Assembly (NCBI GenBank): GCA_051362555.1
Contig: CM120648.1
Coordinates: 4,956,587-5,020,586, forward strand
Length of the DNA: 64,000 nucleotides
Source: Lingula anatina
Taxonomy: Eukaryota; Animalia; Brachiopoda
Direction: 5' to 3'
The translations under genes were made by a program, and so were the position numbers. Shown in pieces: positions 26,321 to 38,900 of this stretch. The number at the start of each line of letters is the position of its first letter. The stretch's first letter is position 1. The notes below the pieces were generated by a model that worked only from the letters and a program-made list of their open reading frames with translations, did not search any database and was not told the origin of the DNA.

Positions 26321-29300
26321 TCTTTTATTTATATTTGGCAAAAATACAAGAATAAACAAAGTTTGCTACATAAGTTTGGAATTTGGCCAAATCATCTTTA
26401 TTATTACCCGTCACATGTAATGAATAAGACATACACAGATTCTGTAAGTAAGCTAGAATGCATAATTATTTTCATACTCATTAATGCCATCTTCATAAAT
26501 AAGCCTTCTATTCAAGCATTCACAAACTTTCACATTGTGCAGTACACATTATAGTATGATAACATTTTTGAGAGAGACTTATTAATAGCCAGGCTATCAT
26601 GTTAAGAGTCTGATGTACATGCAGACCCATGAGGATTGCAGATCAACAAATTATCCCCCTCTCTGTCAGTGTATTGACTCATGTGAGCTGTCTCCATGCA
26701 AAGGGATGTGTCATAAGAAAGGACCAACCCAACTTACACAAACATAAATTGTTTCATCAGTAAGATATTCACACATACTTTTCCAAGATGTGCAGGGAAT
26801 AAATAGAAAGGTATAAATATTTCTTTAAAAATTACAGGCATAGCTTCCCTGCATGAATTCTAAATAATGGCTGAGCGGAGAATTGAATACAGGCACAAGT
26901 GTTCACTCAAACCATTTTTGTAGGTCTTAAAAGAAATGACATGCAGTCATTTGCCAAATACAGAATTTTATGCTGTAACAAAGTCACAAAACTGCAACTG
27001 GTGATCTTACAAAATCTAACAACACACTGGTTTAAAATCAAGTTGAAATCACAATATGCCACCAGTACCATATTCCATAATACATTTGATGTCATTTAGA
27101 TTTAAGAAGTAAATGCTGGACCAAAATGGTTTATTCTCAATATCAGGCATATGACTTAGGTTTGGGAGGAAAGACCACCTTGATTTCCAATCTGTCTGCA
27201 TTATAGCATACATGTAAGTGCTAGATGGTTTGAAGTCAGCAGATTATGCTTTGTCACATTGGCAAGATGAGTTCACTGAATATATCCTGTAAGCAGCACT
27301 CGAAAGTCAGGAAAAGTCTCTCACTATCCAACTCGTCCCCGCTTTGGACCCTCAAGAAAAGTTCATCTTTTTTTGGTGGAGAGCCATGGAGTTCCTCTTC
27401 CATGTAAAAAACTCTTCTTCAGGACATCATACTGGCAGTTGCTCATAACCTTTAGGTCTAAAAAAGCAAATCAAAATAATAATAATAATAATTTATTAAG
27501 ATTGCAACCCAGTGGGTTGAAGTTGTACATAGTGTTAAGAAAATTATAATGAAAATAAAGTGAATATTTGCTTGAATAAAACTGAGTTAAAAGACTGCTA
27601 ATTGAACTTTAAAATTATTGTACTTAGGATAAAAGACAACATAATACTATTGGAAATTTAAAAGTGCATACGGAATAAAAGAGCATCAGAATCTGTCGGT
27701 CTTAAATTGTGGCACTTTGTTACTATTGTTTGATCTTAAAAGACGATTGGATTGATCAATAAAGATGTGATTCAGTTTGTTAGAGGATTCAGTTATTTTG
27801 TAAAAGAAAGTTTTGCACAGATCTCTTCGTTTATCTAAAGTACACATATGTCAGGTTCAGGGTTTCATCATAGTATAGGTCAGGGAAAATAATCTTCAAA
27901 GCACGAGTTTGGTCAGTCTCTTAGAGTTTGCATTGCTCTATAGTTAGTCCTGGATGCCACACAGGGCAGGCATATAGAATTGAGTGCACAATACTTTGGT
28001 AAAGCTTAGCTCGTTTCAGTTGACGGAGGAAATAGAGTCTTGCATTATGTTTACATTATGTGTCGCCAATTTGGAAAAAAAATTGATAAAAGAGAAATCA
28101 TGCACCTATATGCCTAATATATGAGGAGTGAATATCAGCTTATTAAAATTCTGCTTACTCTAAAGACATGTTTTAGTCCCATGTTGGATCATTAGGATCC
28201 TTTAATTCCCTCTTCTTCAGCATCTTCCTCCTCTTCCATCTGCACTTCTTCCAGTTCAGGCATACCATAGGAAAAAGTTACCTTGATACTGCAACCAAAA
28301 AAAAAAAAAAAAAGCAACAGTACATAAAATAAGATAATCGAGTTTGAGAAAAATTATGTAAAAACATAACTGAAATAAGTATAAAACTCAACTGAAATAA
28401 GTATAAATGCCATTTTTCTCAATATGATCACCTTAAATTATCTAGACTGTCATCTTCAACTGCACTAGTATTAACTACAACTTAATTTTGAAGTTTCTTG
28501 ATCACTTCATATTGGTTTAATCTCCGAAATACTGGTTGGAAGTTAAAATTGTATGATCTAAATTATTACTCTGGACTATTTAATACATTAGAGAGATGTA
28601 CCAAACATAAACATGCAATATCCCCTTTCTGATTTATTTATTTTTAATGTAAAAAGGAGACAAATTGTCTTTAAAATATAAAATCAAAATACTACTATTT
28701 ATTTTCACTTATAGTTGACATGCCATTTAACATTGGGTTAAACTTAGATACAATAACAGCTTCTGCACATTCATTTTGGGATTTAGATGCCTAAAGAAAT
28801 AGCATCTTTGTCATATGTCTTAATTACTGTGGTATGCCTAGATGTTAGAGGCACAAGAAATGTGCCCTCGGTAAGTCAAAAATTCGCCCTGGTCATTGTA
28901 ATGTATATGTAATGAGACTAGTATCTCCCACCATGTCCGTTTTTATTTAAACTTTCTTTGCTCTATAAACTAACCCAAACCCTGTCAGAGTCGACATATG
29001 AGCAACACTTGCAATTTCTGTCATCGATACCACTCATATTAGTTACAATTTCATGGCATATTTTGACAGACGAGCCTGACAATCGTTAAGATATACAACG
29101 AACACACGTAAATAAACAAAAATCTCTGTGCTTAATAAATATTTTCACTGGTGTCTTATCTCAAAGATTATTGTAAATGGTACTCACAAATCCAGTAAAT
29201 ACTTCGCGGCCAGGCCATTCTTCGTATCCATGGCCACCCAAGCAGGTTTTCATCTGCCTTCTTCCTCGCCGGTGTTTATTGTTTGCCTGTCGTACACTGT

Positions 29301-29445
29301 TTTACGCATGTTTTTTGTAAAGGCTGTTTCTTTTTTCTTTTTGTTATCTGTCTTCGCTTCTTCGAAGGACTCCCAGCATAACTGAGCCTCCTGTTTCACG
29401 TTGTCCTTTCCCGGCAGCTTGAACTGGTTTTAACTAGGTCGCAAT
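26320..29445 (-). other. Spliced unit with only short ORFs (exons ~29445-29188, 28288-28159, 27457-~26320)
   Basis: Minus-strand donors GTGAGT and GTAAGC; acceptors TTGCAG and TTTTAG; poly(A) signal (TTTATT on +) at ~26324. Best spliced ORF is 46 aa and acidic. Confidence 0.5.
27650..28070 (-). mobile_element. Decayed LINE (L2/CR1 group) 3' fragment
   Basis: The minus strand gives ..CPVWHPGLT....RALKIIFPDLYYDETLNL with stops. Confidence 0.7.
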
Positions 29446-29452
29446 ACGAGAA

Positions 29453-29471
29453 TCTCGCGAGATCCGGAAGT
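29453..29471. promoter_or_regulatory. Promoter motifs: TCTCGCGAGA palindrome plus ETS core CCGGAAGT
   Basis: Exact motifs at 29453-29462 and 29464-29471, immediately upstream of the minus-strand spliced unit. Confidence 0.55.
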
Positions 29472-30002
29472 CTAGAGAGCTCAATTATGAAAATGGAGGT
29501 GGTTGTTGGTAAACCTCCGCTTAAGCGGAGGTTTTCTTTTTATTGTATTTTCCAAAAATGTTACAGAGCGATGGCGAGTGCCGGGAATGATAGATTAAAG
29601 GTTGGTAAATCGCGGAAAAGTAGTGTTAACCTCGGGATAAATCAGGATAAATCAATTTTGGCGCGAAAATCCTCTTTTGTGTCCTTTTAAGTGTCAACAA
29701 GTGTAGAAATTGTTTTCGTGGTAGGAAAAGATGGAAAGTGTCAAAGTCACATATAGTTCGATTTGATTGGTTAATTTCTCAATAGATTTGCAAATTTCTG
29801 ATACGTGTAAAACATATGCAAACTGCGGATGGACACGGTCCAAGCATGAGTAATTCAAATAATATTTTAGATATTTTGAATTGAAAACAAGCCTCTTTAA
29901 ATGAAAAGTTGTGGCTGGTCAGTTTCTGGTGACGTCATGAGCGTGTGTTGTAGTGATAATTCATGGACAGATTTACAAAAATCGAGTTGTCATAAAAACA
30001 GC

Positions 30003-30155
30003 ATGCCGCAAACTTGTGTTGTACCCGGATGAATAATCAAGGATACAGCCATTTTGTTTTAGCTTCTAAGACAGCTAGCAAAAACGTGGATCAATGCTTT
30101 GAAGTTTAAAAATCCAAACATAGTGTCGAAACATGCTAAAATCTGCAGCGTGCAG
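30003..30155 (+). pseudogene. Degenerate THAP zinc-finger exon (transposon-derived)
   Basis: MPQTCVVPG*...LAKTWINALKFKNPNIVSKHAKICSV gives the THAP pattern M..C.V.GC...W...ICS.H with a stop and frameshifts. Confidence 0.6.
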
Positions 30156-31177
30156 AGTGCTGCTTGCGTGACTTTTTTATGTTCAGGTTTTTCTTCTCTT
30201 TGTGGGAAATACTTGTTGGTCTTTTATTGATCAAAATTTCTTTTGGGCATATAAATGTCACATGAATGCTATTTTTAGCCCTTTTTCTAACACTGTATTC
30301 CTTTTACGAACTGGAGGGAAAGATAAATATGTCAAGTTCACGGCCAGAAATTTGAAAAAAAAGGTGCGTTTTTAAAGCTACATGTACATGTATATTCGGC
30401 TGACCGAGGGATAATTTTGTTTATCTCTTACCAAGTCGACTTTTTATTAGTCATATAAGTGATCAGTTAAAGTAATCCATGGGAAATCCACGCTCACATT
30501 ATACGTAATTTTATGGCGCCGTTTCAATCACCCAACTCATATATTTCAAACAATGCGATGATGTGAGTGATCATTAATCTTAATCTTCAAATACACTTGT
30601 CTTAAAAACACTTGGCATGCATAAACAGGCACCGCCAATAACAAACACGATAAGATATGAAATGTTAATAATTCACACAATTAATAAAACGTTTTTTGTG
30701 AAGTAACCCCAGATAATATGCCTCTGTGTAAGGCGTAATTTATATTAGTTCTTTATACAATATGCAGCTGTGCTCTTGCCTGTTATTGCTTGTATAAATT
30801 CGTCGTTTGCCACTATACAAGATTGTCCCATGGGTGGGGGGAGGGGGAGGGAAGGGTAGTGAGCAGTTCGCGGGAAAATAAAATCATCAGTTCACAAACC
30901 ACAGTAAATAATAACATGCAGGCACCGACTTCGAGCAAAAATCAGGGAACACTCCGAAGGAGGAATGTATTTGAGAAAATTGACATTTTTTTGCAACGTA
31001 TGCAAGTCTGCATCGAATGCCTCGGAAGCCATTTGGGGCATAGTTTTAAAAGAACGTAACTTTTATGTGAAGCGACCAAGGTAACTAAAACTTTGGAGAA
31101 TGATCATACACATAATGAAGTTTAAATCCAACAAATTTCTTGGAATTTGATGGACCTTTGTAAAATTAGGATTTATT

Positions 31178-31237
<60 letters not shown>

Positions 31238-32090
31238 TTGGTGGGGGGGGGGTGTCACCCTCTACTTAAGAACATTTGGCCGCTGTACAAATGAATGGGA
31301 AGCGGACTCTCTGTCACGTTACACCGGTAAACATTTTTGGTCCGAACGTCTGATGGCCATCTTGAGATATACATTCCCTACTGTGCTGTGTCAGCCATTT
31401 AGTGGTTGTTATTTTTGGGTAGTGAGGATTTATATTAATGTTTGTGACATGTGGTTTCCTTAATGGAACGTTACAGGTCTTTGGAAATCGATCGGCCTAT
31501 TTTCTATTTTTATTTAAGCAAAAGTTTTTGATCAATTGTTTAATTAATAATTTAAGTGTTCATATCGATTAACCAACGGCAATCACACCAATCGTTAACA
31601 GGACAAAAGAACAAGCCCTTGTCTTTTCCCAACCCACAACCATCTCGAGACTAACGTAAATGTAGACCAGCAAAATCCGGAGTAAATAACCAAGTGCATG
31701 CAGGAGGCATTTATTATTATTATTCTTATTTATTATTATTTATTTTTTTTTTTTTTTGGGGGGGGGGGGGGTATATAGTATACACGTATTGCTTCATAGC
31801 TGACCCCCTAACGATTTTAATTTCTCACCATACATTCCTGCAATGCCACATATCATATATATTATTTTATGTTTATTGTGTCTGTTCTTGTTTTTAAAAA
31901 TGTTGAAGCATGTATTAAATTTGTAAGTATAAAAACAGCAATTGTCCTCCATTAGCATTTCCACTGGAGAAATAAAAATTCAATACAATCGATAGAAACC
32001 GTGCGTCTTTCAAACAGAAATTTACTATATTTCAGATTCGATCCACAGCGAAATATTGTCATGGAGCTGCTGGTAATCTTATGATAGTCC

Positions 32091-34772
32091 ATGGAAACTC
32101 CGGATGGTTGCAGTTTTGGTGCCGCAGCAAATCTTCACCGACGCCCTTATAACTATCAAACGTGCGAGGAATCACTGGCCACAAACCATTTCACTCGCCC
32201 TTCCAACGACGCACCACTTGTCGCGAATGATTATGGCGACCGCTGGAGAAGGCGCTCTAGTTATTATCTTCAGGACATTTTGACTGATTCTGACAAACAT
32301 GAGGCCATTTTAAGATTCAGAACGTACAGTAAGTGGCCTGCAACCAGTCCCGTTTCTCCAGCCGACCTAGCCGCCGCCATGTTTGTTTACAGCGGCACTG
32401 ACGACATGGTGAAATGTGTGTCAAGTTGCAAGGGGGCGCTGCGAAATTTCGAAAAAGGAGACACGGGCGTTGGGGAGCACGTGCGACATTTTCCTCGCTG
32501 CGAGTTCGTCATTCAATATCGATACAATCCTCAATTTTATGATGCAGTCAAGATTTTCCTTGAAGAGAATGAATTTCAGTTAGAAAACGTTAGGCCTATC
32601 CCAAATGGCACCTGTTTGGCACTACCTCTCCCAGCACGCCCAGACCTGATTGACGTGCGGGTCCGCTTGGCCACCTTTCAGAGGTAAATGTCTTAACGCA
32701 ATACGATACATTTTACTCTGTTAACAATGTAGTAAAGCTTGAGCTTAGGGTGCGTTTCCATAAACACTGTGTCTACGTGGATCGATACACCTCTGCATGG
32801 ATTATCGCTGAATGCAATCAACTTCACAAACCTCCGCAAAGTATCTCCCAAACAGGACATTTTTGCTAAGGAGCCTAATCTACTAGTAAAGGTCCAAGAA
32901 GACGGCATGAAATACTGTTAGATTTGTTGCTTTTATCTTTTCACATCCACATTTAGCTAAAAACCTTTCACCTTCATTTTTCCAGATGGCCGCCGGGAAA
33001 AATTCAAAGACCTAAAGAACTCTCCGAGGCCGGTTTTTACTACCTAGGCGTAGGCGACCGTGTCAAGTGTTTCCAATGTGGCGGAGGGATGTGCAACTGG
33101 CAAGTCGGTGACAAACCATGGGAAGTGCATGAAATATGGTTTCGAGACTGTGCCTTCGTTCAGCAGCATATAGCTCAGATACAGACAGCAATCTCCGGAA
33201 CGTCTAAGGTAGTCCCTCTCCCATTTTCCATGAGGACAATTAAAACTTTTTAAACATAAATTGACAGTTATAGCCTTAATCAATACCGCAAAAAGTAACC
33301 ATATTTACTGTTCTACATTTAACTTCGTGAGTAAGCGTGTTTATTATTATTATTATTATTTATTTATCTTCTTTTTTTTTTTTGGGGGGGGGGGGCTTTC
33401 TTGCATATGGTTGGTTAGTCGGGGGAAATGCTGGAGAATTTGTTAAATATTAGTTTCCTGGTTTTTGTCTTTTAATTTAATATGACGCATGATAAAAGGG
33501 TGTAAGAAACATTTCATTATAATTGCAAATTTTAATAAAAATTAAAGAAAAGCTAAGTTGAAAGATGACAAAACTTGAATGCATATAAATTCCACTCCAC
33601 CCTCCCATTGCTGCTAAAATATTTCAGGGCTCCCCATTTTCTCTTCCAACCCCACCTCTCCTCCGACTCAAATAATAACCGGACCCTAAGGTGGCCTGTT
33701 GTCCTGCGTGGAGTTTTTGATTCAGTCTTAATAAACTCATATAATAAAAATAAAAAAAGTTTCACACTCTTACCAATCTAAAGAAAGTTTATGATTATTT
33801 TCTTGTCTATATAGCTGGGAATTTCTGAACTTGTGTTCCAGAAATATGAAATATGAAATATGAAATAAGATTCTATATATTTGCATCGTTTATATAAAAA
33901 CCCTGCCATTAATTAAATGTCTTAGGGTAGTGGCGAGCACTCTGGAAATGAGATTGAAACATTTGAGAACCACTTCGCTGTTTCTGCAGACCTAGATAAC
34001 AAATCAACACCACAGTTGCCTAGCCACTCTACAGCAAAGCCTTCTAAAAAGAAACCCAAAGTTGACATGAGGAAACCGTTCGTACGTGCAGTGTTACCGT
34101 TTTTCTCCGAGAATTTAGTGCGCAAGGGGATTGGGCGATATAGGAGAGAAACGGGTAATTAATTCCAATTTTATATCTGTATTCCTAAGTTTTAATATAT
34201 GGCCAAAAGAGCCAAACGCATAAGCCTGTTACAGAAGATATGTAACTTAAAGGTGTAATTTCCACTTTCATTTTCGTTTTTTTATCTTAAACACAGGGAA
34301 AGAATTCAACAATTCAGAAGAGCTGATGGACTATTTATACGAAATAGAAGACAAAGAATTACCAACAGATTCTTCTGAATCCGACAGCGAATTAGAACCG
34401 TCTCTACCTACAGGCGCTTCCAATCCAAATACAGATGATGAAAATCGATTGCGACTCCAGACTGAAATAAACTCATTACCACTACCTACACTAAAATCAC
34501 CCAATAGTTACCTGTTGTCTGCTATGAAAAATAATGGTAACTCAAACAGACCGTGCAAGGAAGAAGTCCCTGCTGACGAAGTCACACTTCTAGAAGAAAA
34601 CCGCCGCCTCCGAGAGGAAAAAGTTTGCAAAATTTGCCTAGATGCCGAGATTTCCACCGTCATTCTACCTTGTGGTCACCTTGTTTGTTGTGGTAGCTGT
34701 GTCGTTGCATTAAAAGTTTGTCCTATTTGCAGAGGTCGCATTCAGGGCACGGTTAAAACCTTCTTAGCATAA
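32091..34772 (+). CDS. Inhibitor of apoptosis protein, BIR-BIR-UBA-RING (506 aa)
   Basis: Exons 32091-32683, 32986-33208, 33926-34154 and 34297-34772 are all GT-AG and join in frame (1521 nt). BIR2: EAGFYYLGVGDRVKCFQC..W..GDKPWEVH. UBA-like: PFVRAVLPFFSENLVRKGI. RING: CKICLD..PCGHLVCCGSC..CPICR. Confidence 0.93.
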
Positions 34773-35483
34773 CAGCCACCTAAATGGGACAATATCCCAC
34801 ATAACAGAATTGTTACCGTGTTGAAGGCTTGTCGCGCCGTCTACAGGGGATAATTGCAGTACGTGGTAGACGCACACGCTGTTAGGCACGTGACCTTTAA
34901 CGAGTGTAGCTGCACTCAGTCAAATAAAGGAAGTCTCTAACTGGTTGAATTTTATTGAATTCAAACGTAAAACTGAAAGAAAATAAAATAAAACAAAATA
35001 AATAACAGAACAAAAATTGTAGCGAAAAATACTGAAAACAAACTTAAATACAAAATAACCTAAAAATTGATAACAAATTTACACGAAGTACATACGAAAG
35101 TGTAAGAGAAAGGATAGACGGAAACGTTGCAAAGACCCAAAGCCGGAGAAGTTTACGTTACTTTAGCGTTGAAATAATTTACCTTACCCCCGACCAAGTG
35201 TGCTAATATCGTTATAAAAGGATAGATAGAAACGTTGAAATACCCAAAGCCAGAGAAGTTTACGTTATCGTTGAAATAATTACCTTTTCCTCCGACTGGG
35301 TGTGCTAAAATGGTGTCGTTAGAGTACACGTATCGTTCTGTGTAAGAAAGTGAAGTGAGCAAAAAGAAATAGAGAGGAGGCCTTATATACGTTGTGGAAT
35401 GAAAACTGTTCAGTGCAGGGTGTGGTACAGGCATGTGACGGTGCGGTTAGGTAAGTGCTGTGGCCTGTAACGTTATAATTAGT

Positions 35484-35515
<32 letters not shown>

Positions 35516-35942
35516 AGAGTAAACAGAGAAAGAACGGAAAATGTACTTCGAATGAATAATGAGAAATAAATAAATAAATAAAATAAAATAAAATGTCGCG
35601 GGCAGTTACACTCCCACCAAAATCAAAATGATTTTAAGTAAATAAAGAAATCTAACTGCTACGTTATGAATACGCAATTACCACTGAATGCTAGCAATTA
35701 GAAAAACAGTAAATTAAATGTAAATGAACCATTAAACGGTTACTGCTGGCTTTCCCTTATTGAAGCAATGTACGTTATACAAATAAACTTAATGAATCCA
35801 GTCTTTCAATGATATATAATCATTTTAAGCAAATATGTAGACTCGTTCCAATAGTGTCCATTATCATCAGAAATATATCACTGTCACTGCAATAAAGTCA
35901 TTGTAGTAATGTCACTATAATGTATGTACACATGTAAACACT

Positions 35943-38900
35943 TTAATTTTCAACCAATAATACCAGTTTTTGTACATTTCGCTCAAGAATGGAAGATCGC
36001 AAAGTTCCAGAACAACCCGTTCTGACTTTAACTCTTCTCACAAGTCCGTCATCGTCTGCATTGGCTTCCACCACTCGAGCCAGAGGCCACTGGTTTCGAG
36101 GAAGTTCTATATCTTTGATCAAAACAACATCTCCTTTCTGCATATTACGACGAGGTTCATGCCACTTCTGTCGCAGAGATATTTGACTGATGTATTCCTT
36201 TTTCCACCTAGACCAAAACTGTTCTAGCAAATATTGGACGCGTCTCCAGCGCTTTCGTAGAAAGAGATCTTCCCTGACGAAATTACCTGGAGGAGGAAAC
36301 GGTATATCAGCCTTGGCGGTCAAAATGTGATTTGGAGTGAGCGGTTCGAGAGTTTTCGGATCATTGATTTCACTCACTGTTAATGGTCTGCTATTGACGA
36401 TCGACATGACCTCGTAGAAAACGGTCCTGAGAGATGAATCGTCCATTCTACCTGGGCACAATTGAAGCACGGAATTAAGAATTTCCCTCACAGTTCTTAT
36501 TTGCCTCTCCCACACTCCTCTTTTGGTTAGAAACGTTGCTATCTTGTTGCTGTCCACTCGATGTTGAAATTCGTTAATCGCACCAATGAAGTTGGAACCT
36601 TGGTCTGAACGGATCTGTCTAACAGCACCACGAATCGCAATGAAACACCGTAAAGTGTTGATGAAAGAATCAGTTGACATGTCATCTAACAACTCGATGT
36701 GGATTGCACGTGAACACATAAAAGTTATCAAAAGTCCATACCTTTTCATTTCTTTGCGTCCCTGTTTAACGAGAAAAGGTCCAAAACAGTCTATACCGCA
36801 GTAGGTGAAGGGTGGCATTGGTTCTACGCGATCCTTGGGTAAATCTGCCATTTTCTGGGACTCGGTCGGCCTTCTCAATTTTCTGCATGTAACACACTGA
36901 CTAATGAATTTTGCGACGACTTTGCTGCCACCTACAATCCAAAAACCAAGGGAACGAAGCTTGTTGAGAGTCATACCTCTGCCCTGGTGTTGGGAGTCCG
37001 TGTGAGTATAATCAAGAATCAGTCGCGTAACATGATGATTCTTTGGTAGGATGGATGGACGTTTTAATGGCGTTGGAAAACCTGCTTTCCGTAATCGGCC
37101 GCCGTCTCGAAGAAGACCATCTTCAAGAACCAGATCTTGGGGGTGAAGCTGATGCGTCTTAAGTAACGTGGTAGCTGCATCGAGGGCACTGAATGCGTCT
37201 GGAAATGCATCGCGTTGGGTAAGCATAACAAGAGATTTTTCTGCCTTTCTTCTTTCTTCAATTGTCAGAGGCTGTGTTCCATTTACACCATTTGCAATTC
37301 GTTGGATCCTCCCCATCTCAGACACGGTTTTCCACGAACAAGAGAATCTCGTAAAGAGGTCAAGGATATTTGGCATTGTAGACGTAACTGCAGTACACAA
37401 TGAAAAGGCTCTCACCTCTGGATCCCTCAACTGTAGTTCTGTAGTGACACGTTCCAGTTTCACCTGCCGTTGCCAAGGAAAGGAGGGTCCAGTCAACCGT
37501 GGTGATTTGGAGATTTCAGCAACGCTGCCTTTGTCATAAGCGAAGTCCTTTTCTGTTACTCTGATGACTTCTTTTGAAGAACACTGAGGTAGTTCTTTGA
37601 CGGCTGTACGATGAGCAATGACAACGTTGACATTGGCACTTGGAGGAGTAGAGTATCCCACCACGCTCCAACCAAGCAGAGTCCTGACTGCAAAAGGCTG
37701 ATTTTCTTTTCCAATTAAGACCTTTCTGGGAGCTAGAGCCATCGGACAGTTGTACCCGATCAAAAGTCCTACCTCACATGACTGTAGGGGTGGTAACTCG
37801 GCACTAAGTTGCTGTAAATGTGGCCACTTACTAACTGTTTCCGTCACTGCAATGTGAGATCGATTTGCTGGTATGAAATCTCTGGTGAAACAGGCATTGA
37901 TGGGTACAATTTCAGATGAGTTGAAGGCTCTTACTTGTAAACTGGAAATCCGGGAACTGTTAATAACTGTGTTTGAGGCGGTCATTGTTGACAACGATAA
38001 ACGTGCGGGCTGTCCGGTAATCTGCAATGCTGTAGCCGTCTCTTGTAGAATAAAGGAAGTGTCGCTCTGTGTGTCCAAGAGAGCATACGTCAGGATTTCC
38101 TTTGACGGATTTTCCCTACTGGAAACCCACACCGGAACTATCATGGAGGTGCTGTCATCTTTACCTTGGTCAATCTGAAGAGAATTTGCTACCTGGTACT
38201 CTGTTGTAGGTTGTGGGCGAGCTAACCTAAAGTTGTCATCATGTAAACACGTGGGATGTCTTCCCTGGCATTTTTCGCATCTTAGTTTCCTTTTACAAGT
38301 GTTGTTGTGATGGCCGTGACGTAAACACCCGTAACATAGATTGTTCTCACGAATAAAAGTGCGTTTGTGATCAAGTGTCAGAGATCGAAAATTTTCACAC
38401 TGTGAAATGAAATGTCCTTTCTGACAGTAACTGCAAACATACACAGGAGGACTGGAGGTAGTGGTAAGAACGTTGGCATTACCTTTGACCTTGTGAGCAG
38501 CAGCAGCAGTCTTCGTAGCGTTGAGGGCGTGTATCGACGAAATCGGGTTACAGGCAATTCTGGCTTCCTTGGTCACAAACTCCACAAACATCTGAAAGGG
38601 AGGGTATTCACCTGTAATGTCAATACACTGCGTCACTTCACGGTTCCACCTCACTGTCACCCACTCTGGTAGTTTGGCGATGAGCTTCTGGTTTTCTGTA
38701 CAATCGTTTAAAATGCGCAGATTAGGCACGTGTGGAATTGCATCATGGCAGGCTTGTAGAAAATCACCGAAGTCCCTCAGAGCTACAGGGTCGTTGGTTG
38801 GGATCTTAGGCCACGTGTCTAGTTTGTCTCGGAAGGCTTTCTGTACTAGGAAGGGATGTCCGTAACGCTCATCCAGAATTTTCCATGCGCTGTGAAACGC

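Larger units (their letters stand above)
24490..29686. mobile_element. Kolobok-like non-autonomous element (TTAA TSD) containing two convergent spliced units
   Basis: TTAA|AGGGACAAAAAATAGGATT ... AATCCTCTTTTGTGTCCTT|TTAA, a 19-bp IR with 3 mismatches. Confidence 0.6.

Noticed and set aside
27458-29187. snoRNA-host interpretation of the non-coding spliced unit
   Set aside because: No convincing C/D or H/ACA box arrangement was seen in the introns, and one intron is mostly LINE.
29571-29600. MASAGNDRLK|GT as a first coding exon of the IAP gene
   Set aside because: Splicing to the 32036 acceptor is out of frame, an in-frame stop precedes ATG 32091, and the exon lies within the Kolobok-like terminus.
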